From Lama guanicoe (lineage: Eukaryota): a stretch of DNA of 64,000 nucleotides. The stretch is from NCBI GenBank assembly GCA_013239625.1, contig MU053513.1, forward strand, positions 4,012,303 through 4,076,302, written 5' to 3'. Below the pieces are notes generated by a model. That model searched no databases. It saw only the letters and a list, made by a program, of their open reading frames with translations, and was not told where the DNA came from. The translations under genes and the position numbers were made by a program. Every line of letters begins with the position of its first letter. Positions within the stretch are counted from its first letter, which is position 1. Shown here piece after piece: positions 1 to 12,580 of this stretch.

Positions 1-769
1 ACTTCATCTCATCACAATCAGTGTATATGAAAGGATTGAAAGGGAAATGATAAAGGAATACAAATTACATTGAAAACATACTCATCAGAGTTTTCAAGAG
101 ATGTATGTAATTAATAAAAGTTCAGAATACACTTTCACTAATAAAATATGACTTATGGATTTATGCCAAAACAAAATATGTAAGTGATACAGCATGTTGC
201 TTACTTCGGTTTAAAAGTCCATTTAAGAATGTTTTTATAGAAATACAAATGGATGTATTTTTCTGGATCTATCTCAGGGCTAGAAAGGGGTGAATATGAG
301 CATACTAAGATGTGCAAGAACAGAGTGCTTGCTTGCCATCATTATGAATTCATGTTCATGTACCTGAATAAATCATTTGAAAATTTACTTCAGGGTGGAT
401 CAAGTATTTGGCCATTCAGCTGTATAGCTGACTTAGGGGAATGCTGTCTCTAAGAGAAACAAGATTTTATTTCCATATCCCGTCAGTGAAATTTAGATTA
501 TAAAGAACTATTTCAAGCCATACTACCTTTGCCTAAGCCAAAAGTGCCCATTTTATTTTCATGGTTCATAACACCTTGCATAGTTTTGTTGTTTAACTTC
601 GAAGTACCATTCTCAGCCTTTTAGTGTGCCTAAAAGGCAATGTTTTCAGGCCCAGAAATGTCTCTTTTCCTTGTTCTATACACAGAAGAACTCAATGAGT
701 GTTAATGATTAAGCGTTTGTGTTGTGGGCTTTGTGGTAAAATTTCATTGCCAAAGAAATACTCCTTAGA

Positions 770-1405
770 AAGGCAGCCTGGCGATGGAGTGGAAAAACAT
801 GGACTTTGAAGTAAAAACCAAAAATGAACAAACAAACAAAACCCCGGGCCTGGGTTCAGTCTATTCTTTATAACTGTGTGAACTTAGATGAGTTATTAAG
901 CTTCTCTGAGTCTTACTTTACTCTGTCATGAGGAAATATTATGCAGAGGTTAAAATGGCAGACATTGAAATCCAACTGCCTGGATTTTAATCCTTAGTGG
1001 TGGTATAATTTTGGGCAAATTTCTTAAACTCTCTTAGCCAAATGCTTCATGTGTAAAATGAGTATAATAATAGTACTTGTTTCAGTGAGTAGTTTAATAC
1101 ATGAAACGTATTTAGAACACTGCTTTGTCATACAGTAATTTTTAGAATAGGATAACTAATATTATCTCTAAATAATCACTTCTTCCTGATTATTTCTATT
1201 GCTGTCTATAAAATGGAGACAGTCATATGCACTTTACGGAGGATTGAGTTAAATAACACATATAAGCAACCCCAAATGGGGAAGAGAGAATCCCCGTAAG
1301 AATCAACTTGATCTATAAAATACTTCACAAGCATTTTGTAAAGAGTAACTGAGAATATACACTAAAAGCCCAGCACAGAGAGTAGATCCTCAATAAATGT
1401 TAGTG
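770..1405 (+). mobile_element. Cluster of MIR SINE fragments (2-3 copies, probably nested)
   Basis: MIR core motifs cctgggttcagtc...aacttagatgagttattaagcttctctgagtct and ttgggcaaatttcttaaactctc...tgtaaaatgag; MIR 3' end ctcaataaatgttag. Confidence 0.75.
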
Positions 1406-2394
1406 CTAATATGGAAATGTCTTCTTCTTCCACAGACTTAACTATGGAAAGATACAAAAAAGAAATATTAGAAATGGATTCCCACTTGTTAGGAATAGTC
1501 TCATGGCTTCAATGTAATGACATTTTAAGGACCAGTCAGTTCTCATGTGTGTTAGCATTGGAGAAGACCACCCTGCTGTCACTTCAAACGTCTAAATAAT
1601 TACCTACCAACTAAAGAGTGAAACGGACCTCCCGTGCTTGTGAGTCTTCTAATTCTCCTTCATTCTTTGACGTCAGTGAAGGGCTTAAAGCGACTTCCCA
1701 CTGTGTTGTCCTTTCTGAGAAAGGCTGGCTTTCTTTGGAATGACCATCTTCCACGTGAAACTGCTGATGCTGCTTGCCTCAGAAGGAACCTCATCCCGTC
1801 CTTTGGACTAACAGCAACCAGAAACACATCACTCCCTGGTGTCCCACCAGTGCCCTTGAGATATCGTCACCATCCACCCGAGCAACAAATACCTCACCTG
1901 GCTTCTGCAAGCGTTTAACAGGGAAAACCACATTTGGGACGAAGAATGCTGAGTTATAAACTCTGGGGGTCAGATGGGGGTGCTGGAAGACTTCCAGACA
2001 ATCTGTTTATTTTTATTTTTTATTTTCTATGTGAAAAGCATGTACCTCCCAGTACCACAGTAGAGATGCTGCTGCCAAAACTACTTATGCACTCGCCTCA
2101 TTTCCCGGGCTGAGAGTCATACTCCTCCGTTTACAGTGATTATCAGCATTCTTTACACCAAACTGCCCTCAGAGCAGGGGACTTGGCAGGACTCAGCAGC
2201 AGTGTCAGCAACTTCTCAGTTTTGGGATTTCAGTTTCAGAAATGGAAGGTTTCAGAGCCCAGAACTATGGATATTTTACTCAACATCTGCTTCCCTCTGC
2301 AGGAGGCGGGAGGTGGACTGGGAGCAGGGCTGGGTGTCTGCGGTGATTGTTTCCATTGTTTGTCGCAGATTCCCAGGGAGGCCTGGACTTTAAA

Positions 2395-2595
2395 TGGAAA
2401 GAGCATTGGCTTTGGGGTTAGTCAGACCTGCATTCACATTTTAGCTATGCCCTTATTTGCGTGTACTTGGGCAGATCACTTAACTCTTCCCAAGACCCTT
2501 CTTAGTCATCTATAAAATGGGTTTCATGATTACAAAACTTGCAGAGCTGGTGTGAGTATTCAGTTACACAGTTATGGAAAGGCTTTCAGCAGACG
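2395..2595 (+). mobile_element. MIR SINE
   Basis: gaaagagcattggctttgg...cttgggcagatcacttaactct...catctataaaatggg core. Confidence 0.85.
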
Positions 2596-5500
2596 GTCTT
2601 TTTCCTTTCAACTGTTGCTTAACCCTCATGAGACAGAGACGTGCAACTCTCTTGGCTACCGTGGGAATGGTTTCCTTGCCACTGTAAGTGTCAGAAAGCT
2701 TGTGTCTGCCTGAAAGCTATCAGTGAAATAGATGACTGATCATTATCCCAAATATCTGTGTTTCTACAGGTCACACCAACCTTGGTGACTTCAGAGAACA
2801 AGGATATGACATGGTGGTTTTTAACTCTAAGCTCCATTCTCCTTACTCCTCATCCCCTGCCGTCTTCCCCCCACTAGTCAAAGTTGATGGTTTCTGGCTG
2901 CTGCTACTGATGCAGTGTCCTTTCCACCCACCCCTGGCTGCTGTGCTCTGTAGCTGCTGTTGCTGCTGCCAGAACCTGTCAGAAATGACCAGCTCTGATG
3001 CCCCAGGTGTGGCTATCATCTTCGCTGGTGGCATTTGTCATCACGACTTTTCACTGCTTGCTGTTGCCTGTATCATTCCCACTCTTTTCATTCCCACCAC
3101 CCGGATCTTTTGAGACAGGAAAGCCTCTCTCCGTACAGTGATTGTAGGTCTAGTCTGGCTCTAGGTTTTAGGGCTCTGCAAAGAAACTTGGAACAGCCAG
3201 CTTTCCAGAGGCCGGGCTGATACTGTATGAGAGACACTGCTCAGAGTTGAATGTGAACATGGCTGATGTCCCTGAGTCAGTATCCAAGAATTGGACCCGA
3301 GCAACTCAAATCCAGCTCCTTTCTACCAAAAAATTCTTTATAATTATAGTGTCCAAATATCATTTCTGATTCCCAGGTGTAACTAGCCCGCCATAGACAC
3401 GAAGAAGTAAATAGCGAAGGCTTCATCCATGCAGCAGTGTATCCTGGGTGGGGAACTTAGTACTTCATTCCTGCAGTTCAGTTGTAATGATATATAATTA
3501 TATAGCTGCTGATGCCTTGGGGTGGGGGGACAATTGTGAATGAACACAAAAATAGAGGAAACTTATTTTGAGTGATGGTGAAGAGTTTTCAGGCAGGTAA
3601 ATGCAGCCCCAGATCATGGAAGCTTCGAGTGCATTGCACAGTGTGACATCTGGAAGAATTTGGGTTATATGTATATAAGTGATAGCAATTAGTAACAGAA
3701 GTCAGACCATAAGACATGTACTTGCTGATCTCTTTATGGAAAGGGAATAATGACTTTTTGAAGGGTTGAACTTTGAGCAATTATGCACAGAGAAACTTAC
3801 AAGCTCTTCATTTACTTTACTGAGTATATTAATATTGTTACCCAGAAGAGCCAGACTAATAAGAGCCAAACAAGGACAAGACATGTGGAAAACAAGAAAA
3901 TAAGAGAATTCATGCTGAGAGACACCGTATCAACCACTTGGGGTTTAGATAATGTAGCCATAAAATGTGTAATCTAAGCTGTGACTCTTGAGAATAAAAG
4001 CGGGCACTATTGCAATGAAACTTTTTCAGCTACAAAATCAGAGCATAAGGTTAGAGCCCCACCAGGCTTAGAGCCCCACCAGCTGCTAGTGAGGACTGAC
4101 CAGCAGACACACTGAATGTGTGCCTGTGCATGACTTACAGTTTGCTGTGATTGCTTATACTTACGTTAAATGTTGGTGAACTGCGTGTTGCTCACTCCAT
4201 AGCCAAGATTCAAGTCATTTGAATTAGTCTTGTTGTTAGACATTGTCATGTTGGAAGAACCCCTTTAGGGGTTGTTAGGAGAGGTACTTGATCCTGTTTG
4301 AAATTTGTAGTCCCTATATTTATGCTCAAAGAAAGCTTAATTTTGATTTTATAATTTGAAATGCTAGTTAACCACCAACTTCATTTTACTTCATGCTCTG
4401 AAAACTCTGGAGTAAATGCTGATGACTGAGCTGCTCATTTGAGTAAATATTTATATTTGTGCAACCTATTTATTTCTATTCACTACTAAGAGTTAAGGCT
4501 TTTAGTGCTCCCTTTAGTTATAACAGATTTTAAAACAAAGTTATAACAGATTTAAAGATAAAGATTGCCTAACGCATTGTACTATTTTGTCGTTAAAAGA
4601 AAGTACATTCATCCTTTAATTTGAAGTAGAAAAGGAATAAGTTTTGATATATTTTTTAGGTCAAGAGGCCTGACCCTGACCTGTAACCTCAATACTTGCC
4701 TCTCCAAGGTATAAGTCATTTGCTAATAATATATAAAGTCATCTAACCTAGAAATATTATATTTTGTCTTAGCCAAAGACATGAGAAATGATACGCAGAA
4801 AGAGCTGCATAAAGGCACATTGATTTTGACAGCATATCGCAAAATGAAAGTTTGCTCTTGATTTTAAAAGCCACTATTTCTTATATTACTCAGATGTCAA
4901 GTAACTGAATAAAATGTTCCAACTTACTTTATTTTCTCAATTCAGCAGATAGCTTTTCTGCCCATCCCATTTCAGAATCGATCATGTACTTTAAAGAAGT
5001 CTTTACTTGAAAGAAGTAAAGATAAAACTCTACCATCCTCTCTAGGTACTTACTGCAAACGATACACAGCCTGCTTACCTCGTCCCCGTCTTCATAAATT
5101 GAGGGAAGTCGCTCTCTATACAAATCCATTGCTGGCATCCTGCCATTCCTTATATGAATAGATTATTTTACTCGTGGGCCATGTCCTTTCCTCTCTCCTT
5201 TCCAATCAGTCTGATTGGCTTCCTGGTAATCTTATTCTTAAATGTGTGTAGCTAAAATGAAGGCCTACAATTTTCCTCTTCGAGCCACATTTTATCTTCT
5301 AAAAAATAGAATTTTAGAAAAAGCTTGCTTTCTTTTTTTTTTAACTAAACACAGGTAGAAAGGAGTAATTTTCTGACAAAATAATGCTTCCTTCTGGTTT
5401 ATTTGCAGTGTATTTGTGGTTGGGTCATACCTGCTTATACACATTATCTGATGTCACCTATCACATGTTAGTGGCTCATTAGTTTCTCTTTCCTCCTTGA

Positions 5501-8500
5501 GTTTTGTGAGGACCTGGAGAATTTATTGTGTAGGGGTGAGTGAAATAGCCATTCTTTGATCTATCTGGAATTAAGCGTCAGTGGGTAAAAATGTTCTTAT
5601 TCCTTTAGCAGGAAATGAAGATGAAGGGTTCTGTTTCTCACTTATCACTAGTCAAAAAGAATTACATTTCTCAGGAGCAAATTGAAAAGTTAAGAGGAAA
5701 AAATATTTTCAAGAGTAAAAGTTCTCCAGGTGCTGAAGGGATTGAACACATCCCATCTGACGGATGTATCAACATTGACATTTGTGAAAATGTGCATGAA
5801 GAAATATGCACTGATTTTAAACTGCATGCCACAAAGGCCTAAAAAATAATGCATGATTTTCCATTTTCTAACTTAGATGGAAAAACATGTGTTTTGCTCA
5901 CAATTTTGTCTAAGGGAAACGTGAACTTGCAGCCAAGTGCATTCACATGCAGGCCCTTTCCCTGAGATTGCTTTCAAATGTAAGCATAGCATATGTTGTT
6001 CTGTTAGGGAAAAAAATAACAAAGTGAACTTTTACCATGTGAATTCCTAATATACAGGATTATGGGAAAGAGTCATGTGGTTTGAAACAATGCATGGTTT
6101 ACCTCTAGGTAGATTCATAGGGGTGGGGCTGAGGGATGAGTGGCTTTAACCCTTGTGTATCGTACATCACCCCGTGGTGCCTGCATATGTGTCGGAACAG
6201 CTTTCCTCTGTGGGGGTGTGGAGAGAGAGCTCACTAACCTCATTAGTAATAATAATAGACCAATGGCACATGTGTTGACAGATGTTTCCTACCCAATGAA
6301 AAGGAGATAGAGGAAATTAGATGATGAATTTTAAGGCCTGAAGCTCACATTGTATTTTTTTTTTTTTCAAATCTTCAAATATTGTATTCTTCCCAAGGTC
6401 ACCAACTAGGTGTTGGCTGCTTTTGGTGACACTGAAAAGTCCTTAGAGTCTAAATGAATGAGCTCTGGAATTGCTCCCATGATGAACTGCTAACCAATTT
6501 ATTTCAACTGGCACTTGAATGTAACATTCAAAATGAAGGTCTTGGACTGCCTTGTGGCTTGTGGAAGAGCACTGAATGATTTATTCTCACTGATTTTCTC
6601 CATTTTCCATGCTAAAATATTTTTACATGGTCAATAAATTATGAAGGCTGACATTAACAGAATGAACTGTGGATGAAAGTATGTGAACTTGAGTATTTAT
6701 AAGAATGTGGAATTGATGTTTTACTTTTTCTCCAACCAGCTCTGGACATGTGGGATCTCAGTTAAATGAGGGCATCTAACTTAACTCAGATTAATTTAGT
6801 AAGAGGTCCTGGAGACTCATGGGTCATGGGTCATTAATAATAGAAAATAGTGTGCTTAAGTACGTAGGACATTTTAGTGAAAGAAGGTGACGTGCTTGGA
6901 ACAAGTGAGAAGAGGCACTCTCAGTCCCTTGTGGGGAAGCCTTTGACATTGAAACACTGAACTTGATTCTGACCGGGGGCCATACTTGATTTCTGATGTG
7001 CTGGTGATGTCTGCTTATCACCCAAAGGATCCGGTTAGCATTTGGCAGAGGTTGTTGAGAGCTGATATTGCAAGCTGTACCAGCGATGGAGGCATGTTCT
7101 AAAAAGGAAAGGAAAGTTAATTCAGGGAAGTTAAAGGAAAGGAAATTTAATTCAGGCACAGTCATTTAGACATTGGAGAGAAGCTAAAATGTTCTACTTG
7201 GAGAAGATTGTATGACTTACTGCTGAGAGAAAAAAAGCCTCACATGTTTTGAGAAATCAAAATACTGCAAAGGGGTCATTAAGAAGTGACTTTTTAGGCA
7301 TACGACAGGGAATAACATGCTAGCAGCTAATATTTTGAACTTTACAATGTATTATGTTTTGCACTCTACTTATTTTACTTCGATTAACTTTCAAAATGTA
7401 CTATGTCTTAGGTTCTTTCTAATTTTTTGGTTATGGACTCTGTCATTTATAGCAATAATAACAAACATACGTTAAGCCTCTGTAGGGCTTCTTAAGTCTT
7501 TGAGCAGATGGCAGCAGGCAATTTTTAAAAAATCAGAAGAGAAAATCATTGCTAAACTTTTTCATACTATATTGATTTATACCTGGAGTTCTCATAATCA
7601 ATAATCTGAAAGCTCCATGTGTTTTTCAGTCCTGAAAGGGATAATCTAGTATATTTCCTGGAGTCCTCAAGGATCTAAATATTGACATTTTTTTCTTTAG
7701 ATGCCAGCTTCCTGAGCTCAAAGGAATTGACATGACAAGCACTTGGAGTGTATTGGATGCTTGTGACCTCATGAATACTGAAATGAGAGATGATGAAGCT
7801 TGTTTTTAGCAGAGTGTTTAGAAGGGCCTCATGGGCTAATTTTTGCTTAGAGCTGCTCATGTAACTGTTGAAGATGTGCTATCAGGGCACTCTGCCAAGG
7901 TCTGTGATTGTTGTTATTTAGCACTTTATTTTAAGAGCTTTAAACATCATCCGGAAATATTTACTAAGTGCATGTAGGAGCAAGGCAAGGCTGTTTGAGG
8001 GCTGGACAAGCTTTCTAGCTCTAAGTAGTGAGTAATTTCAGCCTTTAGCACATGATGAGGAGTGAGGACCTATGCCCTGTTGAACAGAAGAAAGCATGGC
8101 TTCTTAAGTTGTTCCACAAAAGATATCAGAGTTTTGAAAATTTGGCATTAAGCTTTTTCTACTCAAGTTACCTTTTCACACACTACATATTACATATACA
8201 AAATTGAGAAATGGAAAATAACCTGGGTAGTTCAATGAGTGTGGCAAGGTCGTCTGGATCAATGTAGTGCAAATCTCCTTCTTTGCTCTATACAGTTTCT
8301 TTGGTGGTATTGGTTTGGTGGGATTTGTTGGGTTTTATGGGTAATTTTTTTTCTTACTTTTCATTTCTCTACATCATTGTGTATTGTGGGATTTGCCAAA
8401 TTTAGAGAACTACCCTATATGAACAGATCCAATTATGATTCTTTTGATCAGAATGGGATAAAAACCAGAATATCCAAAGACAGACTGGTCAGCGGATTTT

Positions 8501-9389
8501 ATATGCTCTTAATTCTTTATTTCTTTATCAAATTTAACATGCTGCAGTATCTGAATGAAATCCATGTTTCTTCTAGAAGTCTGCAGAAGTGTGGAAATCC
8601 TCAGTCATCAGAAAGACCTGGAGTCCCAGAGCTGATCAAGTCCATTAATGCTGAGGATGGGGACAAAAGTTTTTTAGCCTCATATGACAGCCCTGTAGAG
8701 ACTATCCAGTGACCTGCTGAAAAGGGGACAGGATGTTCTGATTTGTGTATGACTTTTCCTGAGGGAAAATGTAAGTCTATGGAGACATTTTATTATAACT
8801 TCTTTTTGCCTTATGTGGACAAAGGACAAGTTTCTTCCTCCTCTATCTACAGTGAAGAGCATAAGTGAAAAAGCGATAGAACAGTTCATAGGTAACAGGC
8901 TTCCAGCAAGGTATTTGCAGATATTGCTTCTTTTTCTTCTCTGCAAATAAGCGTCTTAAATTTAGAAAAAGGATGTAATGACTTCAGCGTATCCTAGGAA
9001 TAATGATCGTAACCAGTTAGGCCATGCATTGCCGTGAAAAGACAAACACATGATATAGGAGGCCAGATGGTTAAGGTCTCAGGTCATTGTACATGTAGTC
9101 TCATTGGTGTCTTGGCTAAAGTTCAGGTGTTTTCTAATGACCAACAACAATCAATAAAAGAGTACATTGTCTTTACTTTGACTTTTATTTTCTTTACCCA
9201 GTTATTTATTTAGTTCTCTTCTAGTGGAGATTCTTAACACAATAACCATTGGAAAAATATGTATTTATCCACTGACTAGTCATGTGAACAAAGAATAAGC
9301 ACCAGGAAGCATTATTGTCTTACTTGACTCAGCTGTTAGTACTGTATGGATAACAAAAGCCAAAGCCATGAATTTTAATAATGACATTA

Positions 9390-9470
9390 TGAAATTGTTA
9401 TGATGATTAAATAAGATATTTTTGTAATGTCTTGCACAGTGCTTGGCTTACATAGGTGCTTAATAAATCT
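9390..9470 (+). mobile_element. MIR 3' fragment
   Basis: gattaaataagata...gcacagtgcttggcttacataggtgcttaataaat. Confidence 0.7.
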
Positions 9471-9501
9471 TTAATAGAATGTTTTTTGAAAAATGGGATA
9501 T

Positions 9502-9586
9502 GGTTCAATCCCCAGTATCTCCTCTGAAAATAAAATAAAATAAAACCTATAAAACCTAATTACTTCTCCCTCCAAAAAAAAAAAAA
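9502..9586 (+). mobile_element. 5'-truncated tRNA-derived SINE (Vic-1-like)
   Basis: ggttcaatccccagtatctcctct (B-box and 3' tRNA half), AT-rich body, ctccctcc and poly(A); matches the 3' half of the full copy at 28052. Confidence 0.8.
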
Positions 9587-9696
9587 TTGACATGAAAAAG
9601 ATATTGATCACCTAGTCAGGGAAGATGAATTGCTTCCCTTACACTTTAACATCTATTTCTTCACATATCCAGTACTCTCCTAAGCTGTCTTTTTAA

Positions 9697-9785
9697 AACT
9701 TCCTTTCATTTCTCTTTCTGATAATTTGTTGTTAGTGTATAGGAATTCAGCTGATTTTTGTATATTGAGTTTGTGTCCTACAACA
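9697..9785 (-). mobile_element. L1 ORF2 fragment, inverted
   Basis: Reverse complement gttgtaggacacaaactcaatatacaaaaatcagctgaattcctatacactaacaac matches the ORF2 GYKINxQKSxAFLYTNN region. Confidence 0.8.
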
Positions 9786-11168
9786 AAAAAAATAGTTCAT
9801 TTTAAGTTGAAAAATAAGAAGTTGTAGAATTGGTGTTTGTCTCAAGAACTTATGCAAGCTTAAAATGCAAATAATTTAAAGAAATGGAAGTCCATGCTCT
9901 TGGCTCGGAAGAATTAATGTTGTTAAAATGGCTGTATTACCCAAAGTAATCTACAGATTTAATGCAACCCCTATCAAATTACCCAGGGCATTTTTCAACA
10001 AAATAGAACAAAGAATCCTAAAATTTATATGGAATCATAAAAGACTCAGAATTGCCAAAACAATACTGAGGAAAAAGAATGAAGTTGGAGGCATAACCCT
10101 CCCAGACTTCGGACAATACTACAAAGCTATAGTAATTAAAACAGCATGGTATTGGCACAAAAACAGACTTATGGATCAAAGTAACAGAATAGAGAGCCCA
10201 GAAATAACCCCCCACATCCATGGTCAATTAATCTTTGACAGAGGAGATAAGAATATATAATGGAGAAAAAGTCTCTTCAGCAAGTGATGTTGAGAAAGCT
10301 GGATGGCCACATGTTAATCAGTGAAGTTAGAACACTCCCTCACACCATACACAAAAATTAACTCAAAATGGCTTAAAGACTTAAACATAAGACAGGACAC
10401 CATAAATAACCTAGAAGAGGATATAGGCAAAACATTCTCTGACAGAAATTGCAGCAGTGTTTCCCTAGGTCAGTCTACCTAGGCAAGAGAAATAAAAGCA
10501 AAAATAAACAACTGGGACCTAATTAAATTTACAAGCTTTTGCACAGCAGAGGAAACCATAAACAAAATGAAGACTACCTACAGACTGGGAGAAAATATTT
10601 GCAAATGATGCAACTGACAAGGGCTTAATTTCCAGAATATACAAACAGCATATACAACTTAATAACAACAGTAACAACAACAAAACACAACCCAATCAAA
10701 AAATACACAGAGGACCTAAGCAAACATTTCTTTAGTGAAGACATACGGATGACCAATAGGCACATGGAAAAATGCTCAATATTGCTAATTATCAGAGAAA
10801 TAAAAATCAAAACTACAATGAGGTACCACCTTACACCAGTCAGAATTGCCATCATTCAAAAGTCTACAAACGATAAATGCGGGGGAGGGTATGGATAAAG
10901 AGAACCCACCTACACTGTTGGTGGGAATGTAATTTGGTGCAGCCATTATGGAAAACAGTAGAGAGATTCCTTAAAAAACTAAAAATAGACTTACCCTATG
11001 ATCCAGCAATTCCACTCTTGGGCATATTTCTGGAGAAAACTCCAATTCAAAAAGATACACGCACTCCAGTGTTCATAGCAGCACTATTTACAATAGCCAA
11101 GACATGGATGCAGCCTAAATATCCATCAAGTATCCATATGACTAGATAAAGAATTTGTGGGGAAAAAA

Positions 11169-11187
11169 ATACATATACATACATACA

Positions 11188-11219
<32 letters not shown>

Positions 11220-11229
11220 TACACACACA
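11169..11229. repeat. (CATA)/(CA)n microsatellite inside L1
   Basis: Directly visible. Confidence 0.95.
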
Positions 11230-11585
11230 ATGGAATACTACTTAGCCATAAAAAAGAATGAAATAATGCCATTTGCAGCAATATAATGGACCTAGAGATT
11301 ATCATACTAAGTCAAGCAACTCAGACAGAGAAAGATAAATATTACGTACCACTTATATGTGGAATCTAAAAAAATGACACAAATGGACTCATTTACGAAA
11401 CAAAGAGACTCAAAGACATAGAAAACAGACTTACAGTTACCAGTTGGGGAAGGGGGTGCAGGCATTGGGATTGGCAGGTACAAACTACTGTATACAGAAT
11501 AGATAAACAAGGTCCTACTATATAGCATAGGGAACTATATTCAGTGACTTGTAATAACCTATGATAAGGAAGAATGTGAAAAAGA

Positions 11586-11586
<1 letters not shown>

Positions 11587-11642
<56 letters not shown>
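11587..11642. repeat. (TA)n(TG)n(TA)n compound microsatellite in L1 3' UTR
   Basis: Directly visible. Confidence 0.95.
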
Positions 11643-11974
11643 AAACTTTGCTATATAACAGAAACTAACACAGCTTTATAAGTCAGTTATACTTCAATAA
11701 AAATAATGTAAATAAATCCAAGAGGGGTTTAGATAAGATTTTTGGATTGTGGGTCTGTAACAGTGAATAAAGGGAATTAGGGATATTTACTGATTCATTT
11801 ACTTCTAAGATAAAAGAACTTGTCATTATTGAAAAGATATGTTGGTACCACTGTCATTTTGCTAGGAATGGGCTTAATCAGCATTGCATTTACTATGTTA
11901 TCCATAGATATTAAACCTCTCAATGCACTTTATGCCCAAGCATAAAACCATGAAAATTTTGCAGTGGTCTTGAT

Positions 11975-12135
11975 AAGCTGTGTACGATGGTAGAATGAGC
12001 ACTGAAGTAAAAGTTAAAAGACCTGGATTCCAGTCTTGGATAAGCAGGTAACTCCCAGAAAGCCTGAACGTCATAGCTCCTCAGAAGAACGCATCTTTTA
12101 TGAATGATGGGACTGCTGTACATCTAAGATTCTGT
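11975..12135 (+). mobile_element. Degenerate MIR/MIR3
   Basis: gtagaatgagcactgaag...agacctggattccagtct; 3' end ctaagattctg. Confidence 0.5.
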
Positions 12136-12580
12136 TAACTCTTACAGGAGAATTCATGCAGACAACCTTTCTTGCTCCACAGGCTACTTACCTCATAGCT
12201 AAAAGGCTTGCATCATAGATCAAAGTACCACTAACATTTGCGAAAGTAACCAAATGTCCCAATATACTTATTACAGTCACTTCTTTATTATCCATGTTAG
12301 CAAACAGAAAAAAAAATAATGTTTTTTTAAGCAGATGAGCTTTAAAAACTGTATTTAGCTTGAGAGAGTATCATGGTTAATAATGTTTTTAGGGGAATTT
12401 TCTTTCTGGGTTATGTTTCACTTCGGCTAATGTAAAAGTTGGTGGGTATTTCCTGAGAACACAACAATTTCACTTTTGGAAAAGGCAGTCTTAGAATTGA
12501 CTCGGTATGAAATGTTTTACATTTGCTGATCTGCACCTGGATAAAATTAATAATAACACTGCCTACACTTTAATGCAATT

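Larger units (their letters stand above)
9875..11704 (+). mobile_element. 5'-truncated, relatively young L1 (3' part of ORF2 plus 3' UTR); ORF2 disrupted
   Basis: ORF 9928-10260 ([19 protein letters not shown]...[17 protein letters not shown]) and 10877-11149 ([16 protein letters not shown]...DPAIPLLGI) are L1 ORF2 C-terminal sequence with stops/frameshifts; ends cttcaataaaaa; candidate TSD aatgcaaataa (9864-9874) / aatgtaaataa (11705-11715). Confidence 0.97.

Noticed and set aside
7685..7810. Acceptor followed by a 35-codon frame (CQLPELKG...EACF*)
   Set aside because: Short, no homology, no supporting donor; expected by chance
8239..8712. Longest ORF in the track (157 aa)
   Set aside because: GTG start, T-rich hydrophobic composition typical of chance ORFs, no recognisable domain
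9928..11149. ORFs with clear protein homology
   Set aside because: Fragments of L1 ORF2 with stops and frameshifts; not host genes and not an active element
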